A stretch of 64,000 nucleotides of DNA from the human T2T-CHM13v2.0 reference genome, Homo sapiens. The notes under the pieces were generated by a model. It did not search any database, was not told where the DNA came from, and saw nothing but the letters and a program-made list of their open reading frames with translations. Position 1 is the first letter of the stretch; every line of letters begins with the position of its first letter. The stretch is taken from the NCBI RefSeq assembly GCF_009914755.1, contig NC_060928.1; one strand, written 5' to 3'. Positions 1 through 15,971 of this stretch are shown here, in pieces. The translations under genes were made by a program, and so were the position numbers.

Positions 1-1211
1 AGTAAGCAATCTGTTCATATATTCAGGAGAGCTGGGGGTGGGAGGAGAAGTGGGGATCTATACACCGCAAGCAACTATCTAATGTCAATCTGTGGCTGGG
101 GGGAAGAACAATTAAAATATATATTCTCACACAAACAACCCTGTGTCGTAAGAAAAATTATTCTTAACCTAGAACATGGCCTTGACCTCTCTGTTCTAAG
201 AGCCTCTTTAAAAAGACTGGCAAAAAAGGAGAGAGAAGTAGGGAAGATTTGGGGGAGTAGGAGGAGGGTGAGTTGCTGCGGGAAAAAATTTACCTCACTA
301 AAAAGTGAAGAATAATAATACAGGAATCAGCACAGACTTTATACAAAGGCACAACAAGAAAACAAAAAGAATAAGAAAAAAACTAAAGACAAAGAGACTT
401 ACAGGAAATGAGTAGCCATGGAGCAAATGAAAGTTGTGACTAAATATTACCATATATTTTTAAAACTTAATTACACAACTACTTCTATAAAATAAGAAAG
501 CAGAGATACAAAAACTCAGAGAAGTTATGGTAAGATAATAGGAAGTGATGAAACCTGAGCAAATAGCTTAAAAAGATACTGAAGAAATCAAAGCTAAATT
601 AGAAGCAGCAGAAAAAGACACTACTGAAAAGATAAGGGACATGAAAGACAAGATTGAGAAATGCAACTACAAGGAAATAAAAACTTAAAAAGTGTAAAAA
701 GGAGAGAAAAAAATATAGAAGACAAGCAAATATCTAATATGCAGATAACTGGTGTCCCCGAAAAAATAACAGAACAGAAAAAAATAATTTCACAAAAAAA
801 TGGAAGGATTTAAATCTATTTGTTTGAAAGGTATATGTTATCCATCAATCTCTCCACCCCAATAAACAGATACAGAATAATCAATACATATCAATGTATC
901 TTATCTTGAAATCTAAGAAAGAATCTTTGGGACATACTGACAAAAAATTTAAGTCATTAATTATAATATTAAAAAATCAAACTTTCCTTAGACTTTTTGA
1001 AATTCAATACTGAAAAACAGCATGGTGACACAGACTTCTGAAGGAAATAAAGTGTGGCAAACTAATCTGCTGTCCAGCCAGTATGTTATTTAAACTTAAA
1101 ACCAAGAATATTTCTGCACATGCAGTAACTCAAGGAATAAAGATCCTAGCAGCCCTTCTTTGTAAAAAGAAGACTACTCTTTATTCGGCTCTTGTCACAC
1201 TATTTAATAGT

Positions 1212-1310
1212 ACCCGCAGAGAAAAAAGCATAAAGTTTTAAGAGAGAAAATGAACCCAAAATTAATGAACCCGCAGAGAAAAAGCATAAAGTTTTAAGAG
1301 AGAAAATGAA
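1212..1310 (+). repeat. Local direct duplication of ~43 bp
   Basis: acccgcagagaaaaa(a)gcataaagttttaagagagaaaatgaa occurs at 1212-1254 and 1269-1310. Confidence 0.9.
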
Positions 1311-1488
1311 TGTTTTAAAAATTATGCATGATGTATAAAAACAAAAGATAGTAATAAATAAGAAAAGAAGAGATAGTTTTTTTATAAATTAGGAATGGAA
1401 AAAAGGGGATATAATCCCAGATGAGGAAGGGATTTTTAAAGACAGAGAATGCCAAGTATAACTTTATTCCAATAAACTTGTGCTAAAA

Positions 1489-1961
1489 TGTTCAGACCCA
1501 CAAAAATGACCACAGGCCACATTTGGCATAAGTCTATTCCAAAATATAGAAGACAAGAACTATAGCTTGCCAGCTGGCCAGCATCTAGTCTTTCTCAGAG
1601 GGAAACTACAGATTACACAGCAGTCTAGGAGCTATTTTCTCCTCAAGTGACAGCACAAATATGAGCATATGACAATGACACATGGGTATATGGTCAGCTC
1701 AGAAGCCCCGTTCCACAAGAGCCAATTTCTCTTGTAACATTCCATAAGCAAAGATTCCAGAGCCCCTCCAAATGACAAGCCACGCACGAGTCTCTGCACT
1801 CAGAAAAGCCCAAAAGCTACGGTTTCTAACAGTATTTATAGTTCATCTCTGGTCCCTCCCAGTCCAGCTGTTATTAACTAATCAGGTTTCATTTTTATCA
1901 TAAAAATGTTCTGCAGTAATGTTATTGACACATACTACCTTAACAGGTTACCACGGGAACA
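1489..1961 (-). mobile_element. Probable old solo LTR (family unresolved)
   Basis: Ends TGTTC...GAACA (inverted termini), ~470 bp, composition differs from the flanking L1, TATAAA on the minus strand. No clear TSD. Confidence 0.45.
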
Positions 1962-2902
1962 GAGCTACATTGTTTAATTGAAGATCAGACACTTAAGCTG
2001 TAAGGGAAAGTCATTTGGCCATGCACCCATAATTCAAAAATCTAGATCAAATCATCCATGAAAATATAAATAACCCAAACTGACTGGGAATAAAAGAAGC
2101 AACACCAAATTCTCGTATCAAAGGGGAACTATAACAGGTAGTAAAAGATCTAACTCCAAAAGAGGTACCAAAATCCTGATGATTTTATAAATAAGTTATA
2201 CCATACCTTCCGAAAATATAGTTCCTATGTCACTTCAACCAACTACAGTAAACAGAAACATATGGGGTATTTCCCAATTCATTTATGAAGCTGACATAAT
2301 CTTGGTACTAAAACCAGACAAGGCTGGTACAAACTTCAGACCAATCTCATTTAAAAGCAAAGATTGTACATAAAACATTAAATTGTATCTAGCAGTATAT
2401 AAAAGAAAATATGCTGTGACAAAAAAAGTTTAATTTAGGAATTACAAGGCTGGTTTAACATTAGATCTTTTTATGTAATCCATTATGAATAAGCAAAATG
2501 AGGAAAACATCATATATGCCTTCATTAAATAAAATTTAACTCATGTTCTTAATATGAAGATGAATAGGACAGGATGAAAACCAACTTCCTTAATTTGATA
2601 AAGAATACCAATTAGAAGCCAAAAACAAAATTCCTACTGAATGATAAAATACTAAATAAGGCAATTCTTATAAAGTCAGTATTAAGGGTTCTTGGTATCA
2701 CAGTAGTTATTCAAAACTGTTCAAGAATTTTAGACAATTCAGTAAGATAAAAATAAGATGTAAGCTATAGGTAAGGAAGAAGAATCATCATTAATTGCAG
2801 ATATAATGACATCATCAAAAGAGACTATCAGAGACTGACTTTTTAAAATATGCTGACTCAATTCACAATCACATATAAATGCTGAAAATATGTAAGTAGT
2901 AT

Positions 2903-4165
2903 TGAGAGTTGACAGCATGCTGGCAGCCCTCACAGCCCTTGCTCACTCTCGGGGCCTCTCTGCCTGAGCTCCCACTTTGGCGGCACTTGAGGAAGTGCCC
3001 GCCGCTGGGCTGTTGGAGCCCCTTCCTGGGCTGGCTGAGGCCGGAGCCGGCTCCCTCATCTTGCAGGGAGGTGTGGAGGGAGAGGCGCAGGCGGGAACCG
3101 GGGCTGCGCGGTGCTTGCAGGCCAGTGCAAGTTCAGGGTGAGTGTGGGCTCAGCGGGCTGCACTCAGAGCGCCCGGCCAGCCCTGCCGGCCCGGGCAATG
3201 AGGAGCTTAGCACCCAGGCCAGTGGCTGCAGAGGGTGTGCTGGGTCCCCCAGCAGTGCCGGCCCACTGGCACTGCGCTCGATTTCTTGCCGGGCCTTAGC
3301 TGCCTGCAGCCCGCCATGCCTGAGCCTCCCCCGCCCCCTCCAACCACGCCACCCTGGGCTCCTGTGTGGCCCAAGCCTCCCCAACGAGCACCATCCCCTG
3401 CTCTACGGCGCCCGGTCCCAATGACCACGCAAAGGCTGAGGCGTGCGGGCGCACGGCATGGGACTGGCAGGCAGCTCCACCTGCAGCCCCAGTGCAGGAT
3501 CCACTGGGTGAAGCCAGCTGGGCTCCTGACTGGTGGGGACTTGGAGAACCTTTATGTCTAGCTAGGGGATTGTAAATACACCAATCGGCACTCTGTATCT
3601 AGCTCAAGGTTTGTAAACACACCAATCAGCACCTTGTGTCTGGCTCAGGGTTTGTGAATGTACCAATCGACACTCTGTATCTAGCTACTCTGTTAGGGAC
3701 TTGGAGAACCTTTGTGTCTAGCTCAGGGATTGTAAACACACCAATCAGCACCCTGTCAAAACAGACTCGGCTCTCTGTAAAATGGAGCAATCAGCAGGAT
3801 GTGGGTGGGGCCAGATAAGAAAATAAAAGCAGGCTGCCCAAGCCAGCAGTAGCAACCTGCTCAGGTCCCCTTCCACACTGTGGAAGCTTTGTTCTTTCAC
3901 TCTTTGCAATAAATCTTGCTGCTGCTCACTCTTTTGGTCCACACTGCCTTTATGAGCTGTAACACTCACTGCGAAGGTCTGCAGCTTCACTCCTGAGCCA
4001 GCGAGACCACAAACCCACCAGAAGGAAGAAACTCCGAATATATCCAAACATCAGAAGGAACAAACTCCAGACACGCCGCCTTTAAGAACTGTAACACTCA
4101 CCGCGAGGGTCCGCGGCTTCATTCTTGAAGTCAGTGAGACCAAGAACCCACCAATTCCGGACACA
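2903..4165 (+). mobile_element. LTR12C (ERV9) solo LTR
   Basis: Starts TGAGAGTTGACAGCATGCTGGCAG and ends CCAATTCCGGACACA; 4-bp TSD GTAT (2899-2902/4166-4169). GC-rich U3, tandem CCAATC repeats (3581, 3622, 3663, 3741), GATAAGAAAATAAAAG core, AATAAA at ~3908. Confidence 0.95.
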
Positions 4166-5464
4166 GTATGTTTAACAACATAGCCAAGTTTAAAAGATAA
4201 ATTCTAAGAGAATAGAAATACAGAGAAAAATTAAAGGCAGAACAATATAATGGATGATTCCATTTATATGAAATTCTAGAACAGGCAAAACCAACCCATG
4301 GAGTAAATAATTAAGAATGGGGGTGGGGATGAAGACTGAATGCAAACTTTCTGAAGTAATGGTAATATTCTATATCTTGATAAGAATTTAGATTATATAA
4401 GTATATGATCTGTCAAAACTCATTAAATGCACACAAACGAAGATTCCATTCCAAGATGGCCAAATAGAAACAGCTCCAGTCTGCAGCTCCCAGTGTGATC
4501 AACACAGAAGATGGTGATTTCTGCATTTCCAAAAGAGGTACATGGTTCATCTCATTGGGACTGGTAGGACAGTGGATGCAGCCCATGGATGGCAAGCCGA
4601 AGCAGGGCGGGGCATCACTTCACCCAGGAAACACAAGGGGTCGGGGGATTTCCCTTTCCTAGCCAAGGAAGCCATGACAGACTGTACCTGGAAAATTGGG
4701 ACACTCCCACTCAAATACTGCGCTTTTCCAATGGTCTTAGCAAACGGCACATCAGGAGATTATATCCTGCACATGGCTCGGCAGGTCCCATGCCTATAGA
4801 GCCTTGCTCACTAGCAGTGCAGCAGTCTGCGATCGACCTGTGAGGCAGCCGCCTGGCAGAGGGAGGGGCATCCTCCATTGCTGAGGCTTGAGTTGGTAAA
4901 CAAAGTGGCCAGGAAGCTCAAACTGGGTGAAGCCTACCACAGCTCTGCAAGGAAGGCCTGCTGCCTCTGTAAACCCCACCTCTGGGAACAGGGCATAGCT
5001 GAACAGAAGGCAGCAGAAACTTTTGCACACTTAAAGGTCCCTGTCTGACAGCTCTGAAGAGGGCAGTGGTTTTCCCAGCACAGGGTTTGAGCTCTGAAAA
5101 TGGACAGACTGCCTCCTCAAGTGGGTCCCTGACCCCTATGTAGCCTAACTGGGAGACACCTCCCAGTAGGGGCCAACCGACACCTCGTACAGGCAGGTGC
5201 CCTTCTGGGACGAAGCTTACAGAGGAAGGATCAGGCAGCAATATTTGCTGTTCTGCAGCCTCCGCTGGTGATATCCAAGCAAACAGGGTCTGGAGTGGAC
5301 CTCCAGCAAACCCCAACAGACCTGCAGCTGAGGGACTGGACTCTTAGAAGGAAAACTAACAAACAGAAAGGAACAGCATCAACATCAACAAAAAGGACAT
5401 CCACACCAAAACCCCATCTATAGGTCACAAGCATCAAAGGCCAAAGGTACATAAAACCACAAAG

Positions 5465-6491
5465 ATGGGGAGAAACCAGAGGAGAAAAGCTGAAAATTCT
5501 AAAGACCAGAACACCTCTTCTCCTGCAAAGGATTGCAGCTCCTCGCCAGCAACGGAACAAAGCTTGATGGAGAATGACTTTGATGAGCTGACAGAAGCAG
5601 GCTTCAGAAGGTTGGTAATAACAAACTTCTCTGAGCTAAAGGAGGATGTTCGAGCCCCTCGCAAGGAAGCTAAACACCTTGAAAAAAGATTATAGACGAA
5701 TGGCTAACTAGAATAAACAGTGTTGAGAAGACCTTAAATGACCTGATGGAGCTGAAAACCAGGGCACAAGAACTATGTGAGGCATGAACAAACTTCAACA
5801 GCTGATTCGATCAAGTGGAAGCAAGGGTATCAGCGATTGAAGATCAAATTAATGAAATAAAGCAAGAGGAGAAATTAAGAGAAAAAAGAGTAAAAAGAAA
5901 TGAACAAAGCCTCCAAGAAATATGGGACTATGTGAAAAGACCAAATCTACATTTGATTGGTGTACCTGAAAGTGATGGGGAGAATGGAACCAAGTTAGAA
6001 AACACTCTTCAGGATATTATCCAGGAGAACTTCCCCAACCCAGCAAGGCAGGCCAACATTCAAAATGAGGAAATACAGAGAACACCACAAAGACACTCCT
6101 CAAGAAGAGCAACCCCAAGACACATAATTGTCAGATTCACCAAGGTTGAAATGAAGGAAAAAATGTTAAGGGCAGCCAGAGAGAAAAGTCGGGTTACTCA
6201 CAAGGGGAAGCCCATCAGCTAACAGCGGATCTCTTGGCAGAAACTCTACAAGCCAGAAGACAGCAGGGGCCAATATTCAACATTCTTAAAGAAAAGAATT
6301 TTCAACCCAGAATTTCATATCCAGCCAAACTAAGCTTCATAAGTGAAGGAGAAATAAAATCCTTTACAGTCAAGCAAATGCTGAGAGATTTTGTCATCAC
6401 CAGGCCTCCCTTACAAGAGCTCCTGAAGGAAGCACTAAACATGGAAAGGAGTAACGAGTACCAGCCACTGCAAAAACATGTCAAATTGTAA
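5465..6491 (+). pseudogene. L1 ORF1p, disrupted
   Basis: MGRNQRRKAENSK... through YPAKLSF...; split over several ORFs by a frameshift near 5692 and stops near 5786 and 6220. Confidence 0.92.
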
Positions 6492-6554
6492 AGACCGTCA
6501 ATGCTAGGAAGAAACTGCATCAACTAACCGGCAAAATAACCAGCTGATATCATA

Positions 6555-10375
<3,821 letters not shown>

Positions 10376-10839
10376 ACAATGAGAACACTTGGACACAGGG
10401 TGGGGAACATTACACACAGGGGCCTGTCATGGGATGGGGGACGGGGGAGGGATAGCATTAGGAGAAATACCTAATGTAAATGACGAGTTAATGGGTGCAG
10501 CAAACCAACATGGCACATGTACACCTATAAAACAAACCTGCATGTTGTGCACATGTACCCTAGAACTTAAAGTATAATTTTTAAAAATGAAAAAAAAAAT
10601 AAAATGCCTATCAAAAAAAGTACATAAACTTTATTTCATTTCAATGTAAATTTTACCTCAAAAAAAAAATTAAACTCTAAGTAATGATACATTCGAGGAA
10701 GTATTTAAAGTATAGTGTCTGCGACTTATTTTGAAATGCATCAAAGAGAGGGTCAATTACTAGACTGATAGAAGGATGTTTAGATGGATACATATATGAA
10801 AAAGCAAACAAAGCAGCCTTTTAATTGTGGACTCTAGAT

Positions 10840-11410
10840 CAGGTGCAGCAAACTGCAGTCTGTGGGCCAAATTTGCCACTTTTTGTTATGGCCCATGAGC
10901 TAAGAACAGTTGTAACCTTTAAAAAAGGTGAGAGGCCAGGCGCAGTGGCTCACGGCTGTAATCCCAACACTTTAGGAGGCCAAGGAGGGTGGATCGCCTG
11001 AGGTGAGAAGTTCGAGACCAGCCTGGCCAACAGAGTGAAACCCCGTCTCTACTAAAAATACAAAAAATTAGCTGGGCGTGGTGGCAGATACCTGTAATCC
11101 CAGCTACTCGGGAGGCTGCACGCCATTTCACTCCAACCTGGGCAACAAGTGAAACTCCGTCTCGGGGGGGAAAAAAAAAGGTGAGAATAAGTCAAAACAA
11201 TAATTCATGATGTGAAATATAAAATTCAAATGTCAGTGCCGATAAATAAAGTTTTGTTGGAACACAGCCATACTCATTCATTAGGTATTGTCCATAGCTG
11301 CTTCTACACTACAATGGGACAGTTGATGAGCTTCAACAGACACTGTAGGGCCCTTGAAGCCTAAAATATCTGTTATCTGGCCCTTTTCAGATAAAGCTTG
11401 CCAACCCCTG
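10840..11410 (+). mobile_element. MER58B-like hAT-Charlie element interrupted by an Alu
   Basis: CAGG...caaact...tgggccaaat start, ttgccaacccCTG end, perfect 8-bp TSD CTCTAGAT (10832-10839/11411-11418). Confidence 0.85.
10934..11173 (+). mobile_element. AluS with an internal right-arm deletion
   Basis: GGCCAGGCGCAGTGGCTCAC start; right arm jumps GGGAGGCTG|CACGCCATT; TSD aaaaaaggtgaga. Confidence 0.92.
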
Positions 11411-11851
11411 CTCTAGATAGTGAGAATACAAGTAAGTGTTCACTGTAAAAGTCTTCCAACATTTCTGTATGTTTGATATTTTTAATAGGATACTGAAAAA
11501 TATCAAAGCAATAATTATAAGCTGATTCTACAGTAGATCACTGGGGAGGGAAGGGGAGTTCTATCAGTTCTAAGTGCTGCAACCAGCTTTTTGAAAACCT
11601 ATTTGGACAAAGTCATAAGCTTGGAGGTACAAAAGGTTAAAAAAAAAACTATACCAAGACTAGTAAAAAGCTGAGGAAGGTATAACAAATGCTCTGTCCG
11701 TTAAAAATAGGCTAAAAACATTCTATTCATCGGCCAATAAAAATGTCAAGGAAGCTTACTATTATGTAAAGTGTTGGATGAAAAAACGAAAAGTTTTTTA
11801 AGTATCTATGAGAAATCAAGTATCAATCCTTTCCTCATTTTCAGTTCAAGA

Positions 11852-12290
11852 CTATATTTCGTAAAGTTGCCATAAGAAAGTACTACAAACTGTGTGGCTT
11901 AAACCAACAGAAATTTATTTTCTCATACTTCAAATCAAGATGTTGACAGGGCCAAGTGCCATCTGAAGGCTCTAAGGAAGAATTTTTCCTTGCCTCTTCC
12001 TAGCTATTTGCAGTTACCCACAAACTTTGGCATTCCTTGGCTTGTAGCTGCATCACTCCAATCTCTGCCTCCATCTTCACATAACTTTCTTCCTGTGTGT
12101 CTGGGTCTCAGCCAAAATGTCTCTCTTCTCGTAAGTCATTGGATTTAGGGTCCACCCTCATCAAATATTACCTCATCTTAACTTGATTACATCTGCAGAG
12201 ACCCTAATTCTAAATAAGATCACACCCACAGGTACTAGTGGCTAGGACTTCAACATCTCTTTTGGAAGGAGACAATTCAACCCATACAAA
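11852..12290 (-). mobile_element. MLT1 (MaLR) solo LTR
   Basis: gccataagaaagtactacaaactgtgtggcttaaaccaacagaaatttatt...attcaacccataca matches the reverse of the MLT1B/C/D consensus. Confidence 0.8.
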
Positions 12291-12449
12291 AAAACTAGGC
12301 TTCCTATTTCACTGAGAAACTACAGTCAAGAGACTTTCCAAATGTCACCAGATCTATACACCTAACATAGTATACAGGCAACTGCCTATACTTCTGTTAT
12401 GAACCAATAAGTGATCCATGTTCCTGAAGTTAAACCCTCTTTTTGTAGA

Positions 12450-12866
12450 CTGGATCCTACCTTCTTCTCAATTACTTAATGACATCACTCCAGCAATTCT
12501 AACCTCTCTCTCCTACATCAATTTCTCTCTCTACTATTTCATTTCTATCAGCATGCAAACATATTTTTCCTATCTTAAAATTGAAAGCAAAGCAATTTAA
12601 AAACTCTTGACCCCCACCTCCACTTCAATTTACCTGAATTCTTTAAAACAAACTCCTCAGAAGAATCATCTACACTTACTGATTCTAATCTGGCTTTTAT
12701 TTTCACCACTTTACCAAAATTGCTCTATACAGATAAGAAATGAGTTGTTGCTAAATCCAGCAGTAAATTATTGATTTTCTTTTACTTACCTATCAGCAGC
12801 ATTTGACATATTGAATCCTTCCTCCTTGGAACATTTTCTTCATCTGGATTCCAGAGTTACACACTC
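12450..12866. mobile_element. L2 fragment
   Basis: cactccagcaattc...; cctatcagcagcatttgaca...ccttcctccttggaacattttcttc is typical L2 text. Confidence 0.65.
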
Positions 12867-15520
12867 AGTATCAAAGATTTTTGATACCAACACTCCTGGT
12901 ATCAAAACTAGACAAGAAACATTTTTTGATGTTTTAGAAGTGTACCAAATGTAGTACTTTTAAGAAACTATTTGATGCTACAATATGAATTTTATCAAGA
13001 AGATCAGCAAGCAGGCAATTGATTCTGGAATCAAAGAAGTTCCCTTAAACTAATACTAAAATTAAAGACTGAATTCCATGTAAAACTATTTCAACAAACA
13101 CTGTTTCCTAGAAGTCCTTCACAATAATTTAACACAATATTTCTGCTTCAGAAACCCCAACATTGGTATATTCAATCTAGCATCATGAAAAGGACTCAAG
13201 ATCCTACATTAAAGTTGTGGCTGGGTGTGTGCATGCATACACACACATATGTACACATGCAATTGAAAAGGAGAAATTCTTAGCAAACGGCAAATTTGGT
13301 CCATATGCATTTCTTCAAGATCTTGAAGATACTGTCATTATAGGGGGATTAATTTAACCTCTGGCAAAGTTCTTGGCTTTTCTAGGCCCTGGCAGTCTTG
13401 TTCTGTTTTGCTTTAGTTGTACTGTTGCTTTAGTTGCTTATATTTGCTTTAGTTGTATTGTTTGTTTGTTTTGGTTTGGCTGTAACACATGTATACAAAG
13501 TTCTGTGGCAACAAAAATATGACAGTACAGCAATCACAGTTTGGAACTGCATCAATTCTAAACAATATACATGTGATTGTCCTCATAGGATTAGCACTTT
13601 GAGGTACTACTTCCTGCATCCATTCCTGCTCAACACCTGCTTGTTTTATAGCAGTGAAATATAAAAGAAAAAGAAATTAAAGGTTAGGTTAAAAGCAAGA
13701 TGAGATTTTAAACATCACATTGATAACTTTAAGTTTTATGGCTGTATTACCATCAAATTTATCTCTGGAGATTTAAACTTGAGATAATATTCTAAAATGA
13801 AGAGAATAAAAATTTGCCTAATTGCTTAACTTAAAACTGGAGATCATCTCTGACATTTTCATCTTTTTGACAAAATTCTCATGAGATTTTCATAAAGATT
13901 CAATGCAAAAGCCTTACTGAGGAAGGGAGGGCAAAAAGAAATTCATCCTCTTCTTAGTCTCAGGTTACCACCTCATCTCATCCAATTTTATAAGCTTCAC
14001 ATACTAATGAGGATGCAACATCAGAAACGAATCTCTGAGGAGGAGACCATGAAGGGACAACTTGAAACAATGAGAATTACGAAGAAAAAAAAATAGATGC
14101 TTTCAAAAGACCTCAAAGCATGCTATATCCATGTCTACAGCTTTGACTTTTGCTCCAAAATATTTACAAAGTACTGATCCTTTACTTTGATTCATATTTA
14201 ATATCCCACCTTCCATGTCCATAAACTGGCAACTGTCCATTTTTAATACTAAAAATCCAACCTTCCTCATATTTTTATGGCTATACCTTGAAAACTATCA
14301 GGCCCTTAAGAATAGAAACTATGACTTATTCATTTTTAATTCCTAGTATTTAGCATGATTCCTAGAAATAACAGGTCCTCAACAAGTATTTGCTAAATAA
14401 ATATATTACCTTATTATACTGATGAGATTACATTCACATTATTCAACAGGGTTAATCAAAACATTTGGCTGACCTTCAAAATATTTTACTATTAGTTTTA
14501 GTGTTGGTAACCTTTACTCTCAAGATTATGACTAATGAGAATATTTTCACCCATACACCTAGTTTAATTTGATTCAGAGGATATAACATGTACTTTAGAG
14601 GTTTGAGTTTTCAAGGCAACTGCCTAATAAAAGTTTGGTTTGTGTGGGTTATTAATCATCATTAACATCCTCCTCTACCTCCTTATTTTGCCTGAAATCA
14701 GGAGGTGTATAGTGTAAGAAAATGGCTCAGTTTCATGATCCAAATGATCAGAATTCCCCATAGACCTGATATTTTAAAGCAAACTTTTCCATTATTGAGG
14801 TTTTTCTCATTGTTTCTAGTTTCTGAAATTCTCTTCATTAAAACAGCTACCCCAAAAGGTGGGTAGGTGAAATCTATATTGTATTTGATATGAACATTCT
14901 GAAGATATAAAATATTTGAAGACTTAAGGGCCTTCTTAAAATACTACTGCTTCCAGCTTTGACACAATAACTAGGACAAGATTTTCCTCTTGCTATAAAC
15001 AAATGGCAAATTGGACAAAATATATAATGCAATTGATTTCACACAATGAATGTCAGACAAGACAAGCATGTGATCCCTGAGACAAGAAACAAACAAGGTA
15101 AGCTTTATAGTCACTCCTTCTGCCTACAGGTACTTTCTAGACCTACTAAAGAGGAGAAAACAAGGAGAGTATGTATGAGCTTGCAAATAGAGGAAGCCAA
15201 GGTAACAATTAAAAATTAGTGGAAACACATGGGATTGTGCAGCGCAAATTACCAAAAATGAGAGATCTACAGAGATAAAAGGTCCAGAAATCTGTATGGG
15301 TTTCCTTCAGTATATTTTTTACTACTAAGCTGCACGTGAATATGGCAGAACTCCATGAGATTGAGCAAATAAGAACCAGGAAGCTGCAATCAGAAAAATT
15401 CCCAGAATGCAAACGGACCCGGGAGAGAGGAAGAAACTCATTGAATGCTCAGGGCATTCAGTGGAGAACAGAGAAGAGTAACACTTTTGGAATGGGGCTA
15501 AAGTAACCCTAGAATGCAAG

Positions 15521-15971
15521 TGTAGCAGGACAAGCCGCGACAAAACCCCACAGACACCGAGTTAAAGAACGAAGTGCTTTATTCGGCTGGGAGCTTCGGC
15601 AAGACTCACGTCTCCAAAAACGCAGCTCCCGAGTGAGCAATTCCTGTCCCTTTTAAGGGCTTAGAACTCTAAGGGGGTCCACGTGAGAGTGTCGTGATGG
15701 ATTGAGCAAGCAGGGGGTACATAACTGGGGGCTGCATGCATCAGTAATCAGAACGGAACAGAACAGGGGTTTTCACAATGCTTTTCCATACAATACCTGG
15801 AATCTGTAGATAACATAACCAGTTAGGTCAGGGGTCGATCTTTAACCAGGCCCAGGGCGCGCCGCCGGGCTGTCTGCCTGTGGATTTCATTTGTCTTTCA
15901 GTTTTTACTTCTTCTTTCTTTGGAGGCAGAAATTGGGCATAAGACAATATGAGGGGTGGTCTCCTCCCTTA
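15521..15971 (-). mobile_element. LTR2-family (HERV-E/Harlequin) solo LTR, sense to RAB28
   Basis: Minus strand begins TAAGGGAGGAGACCACCCCTCATATTGTCTTATGCC and ends CCTGCTACA; near-TSD caag/taag; AATAAA on the minus strand at 15583-15578. Confidence 0.9.

Larger units (their letters stand above)
330..2900 (+). mobile_element. Old, degraded L1M (L1ME-like) ORF1/ORF2 fragments; its 3' UTR pieces continue at ~4170-4440, ~10620-10831 and ~11420-11520
   Basis: A-rich L1-like text (ataactggtgtccccgaa; ccaattcatttatgaagc...aaaaccagaca; gcagatataatgac). L1ME-type 3' motifs (gtcaaaactcat...; aatgtaaattttacctc) lie on both sides of the younger inserts. Boundaries are approximate. Confidence 0.6.

Noticed and set aside
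2909-3575. Cluster of overlapping ORFs up to 171 aa and a CpG-island-like region
   Set aside because: Entirely within the GC-rich U3 of LTR12C, where stop codons are scarce; no recognisable protein.
13312-13329. Perfect 18-bp palindrome TCTTCAAGATCTTGAAGA
   Set aside because: A 9-bp-arm palindrome is plausible by chance in 64 kb of AT-rich DNA, and there is no supporting context.
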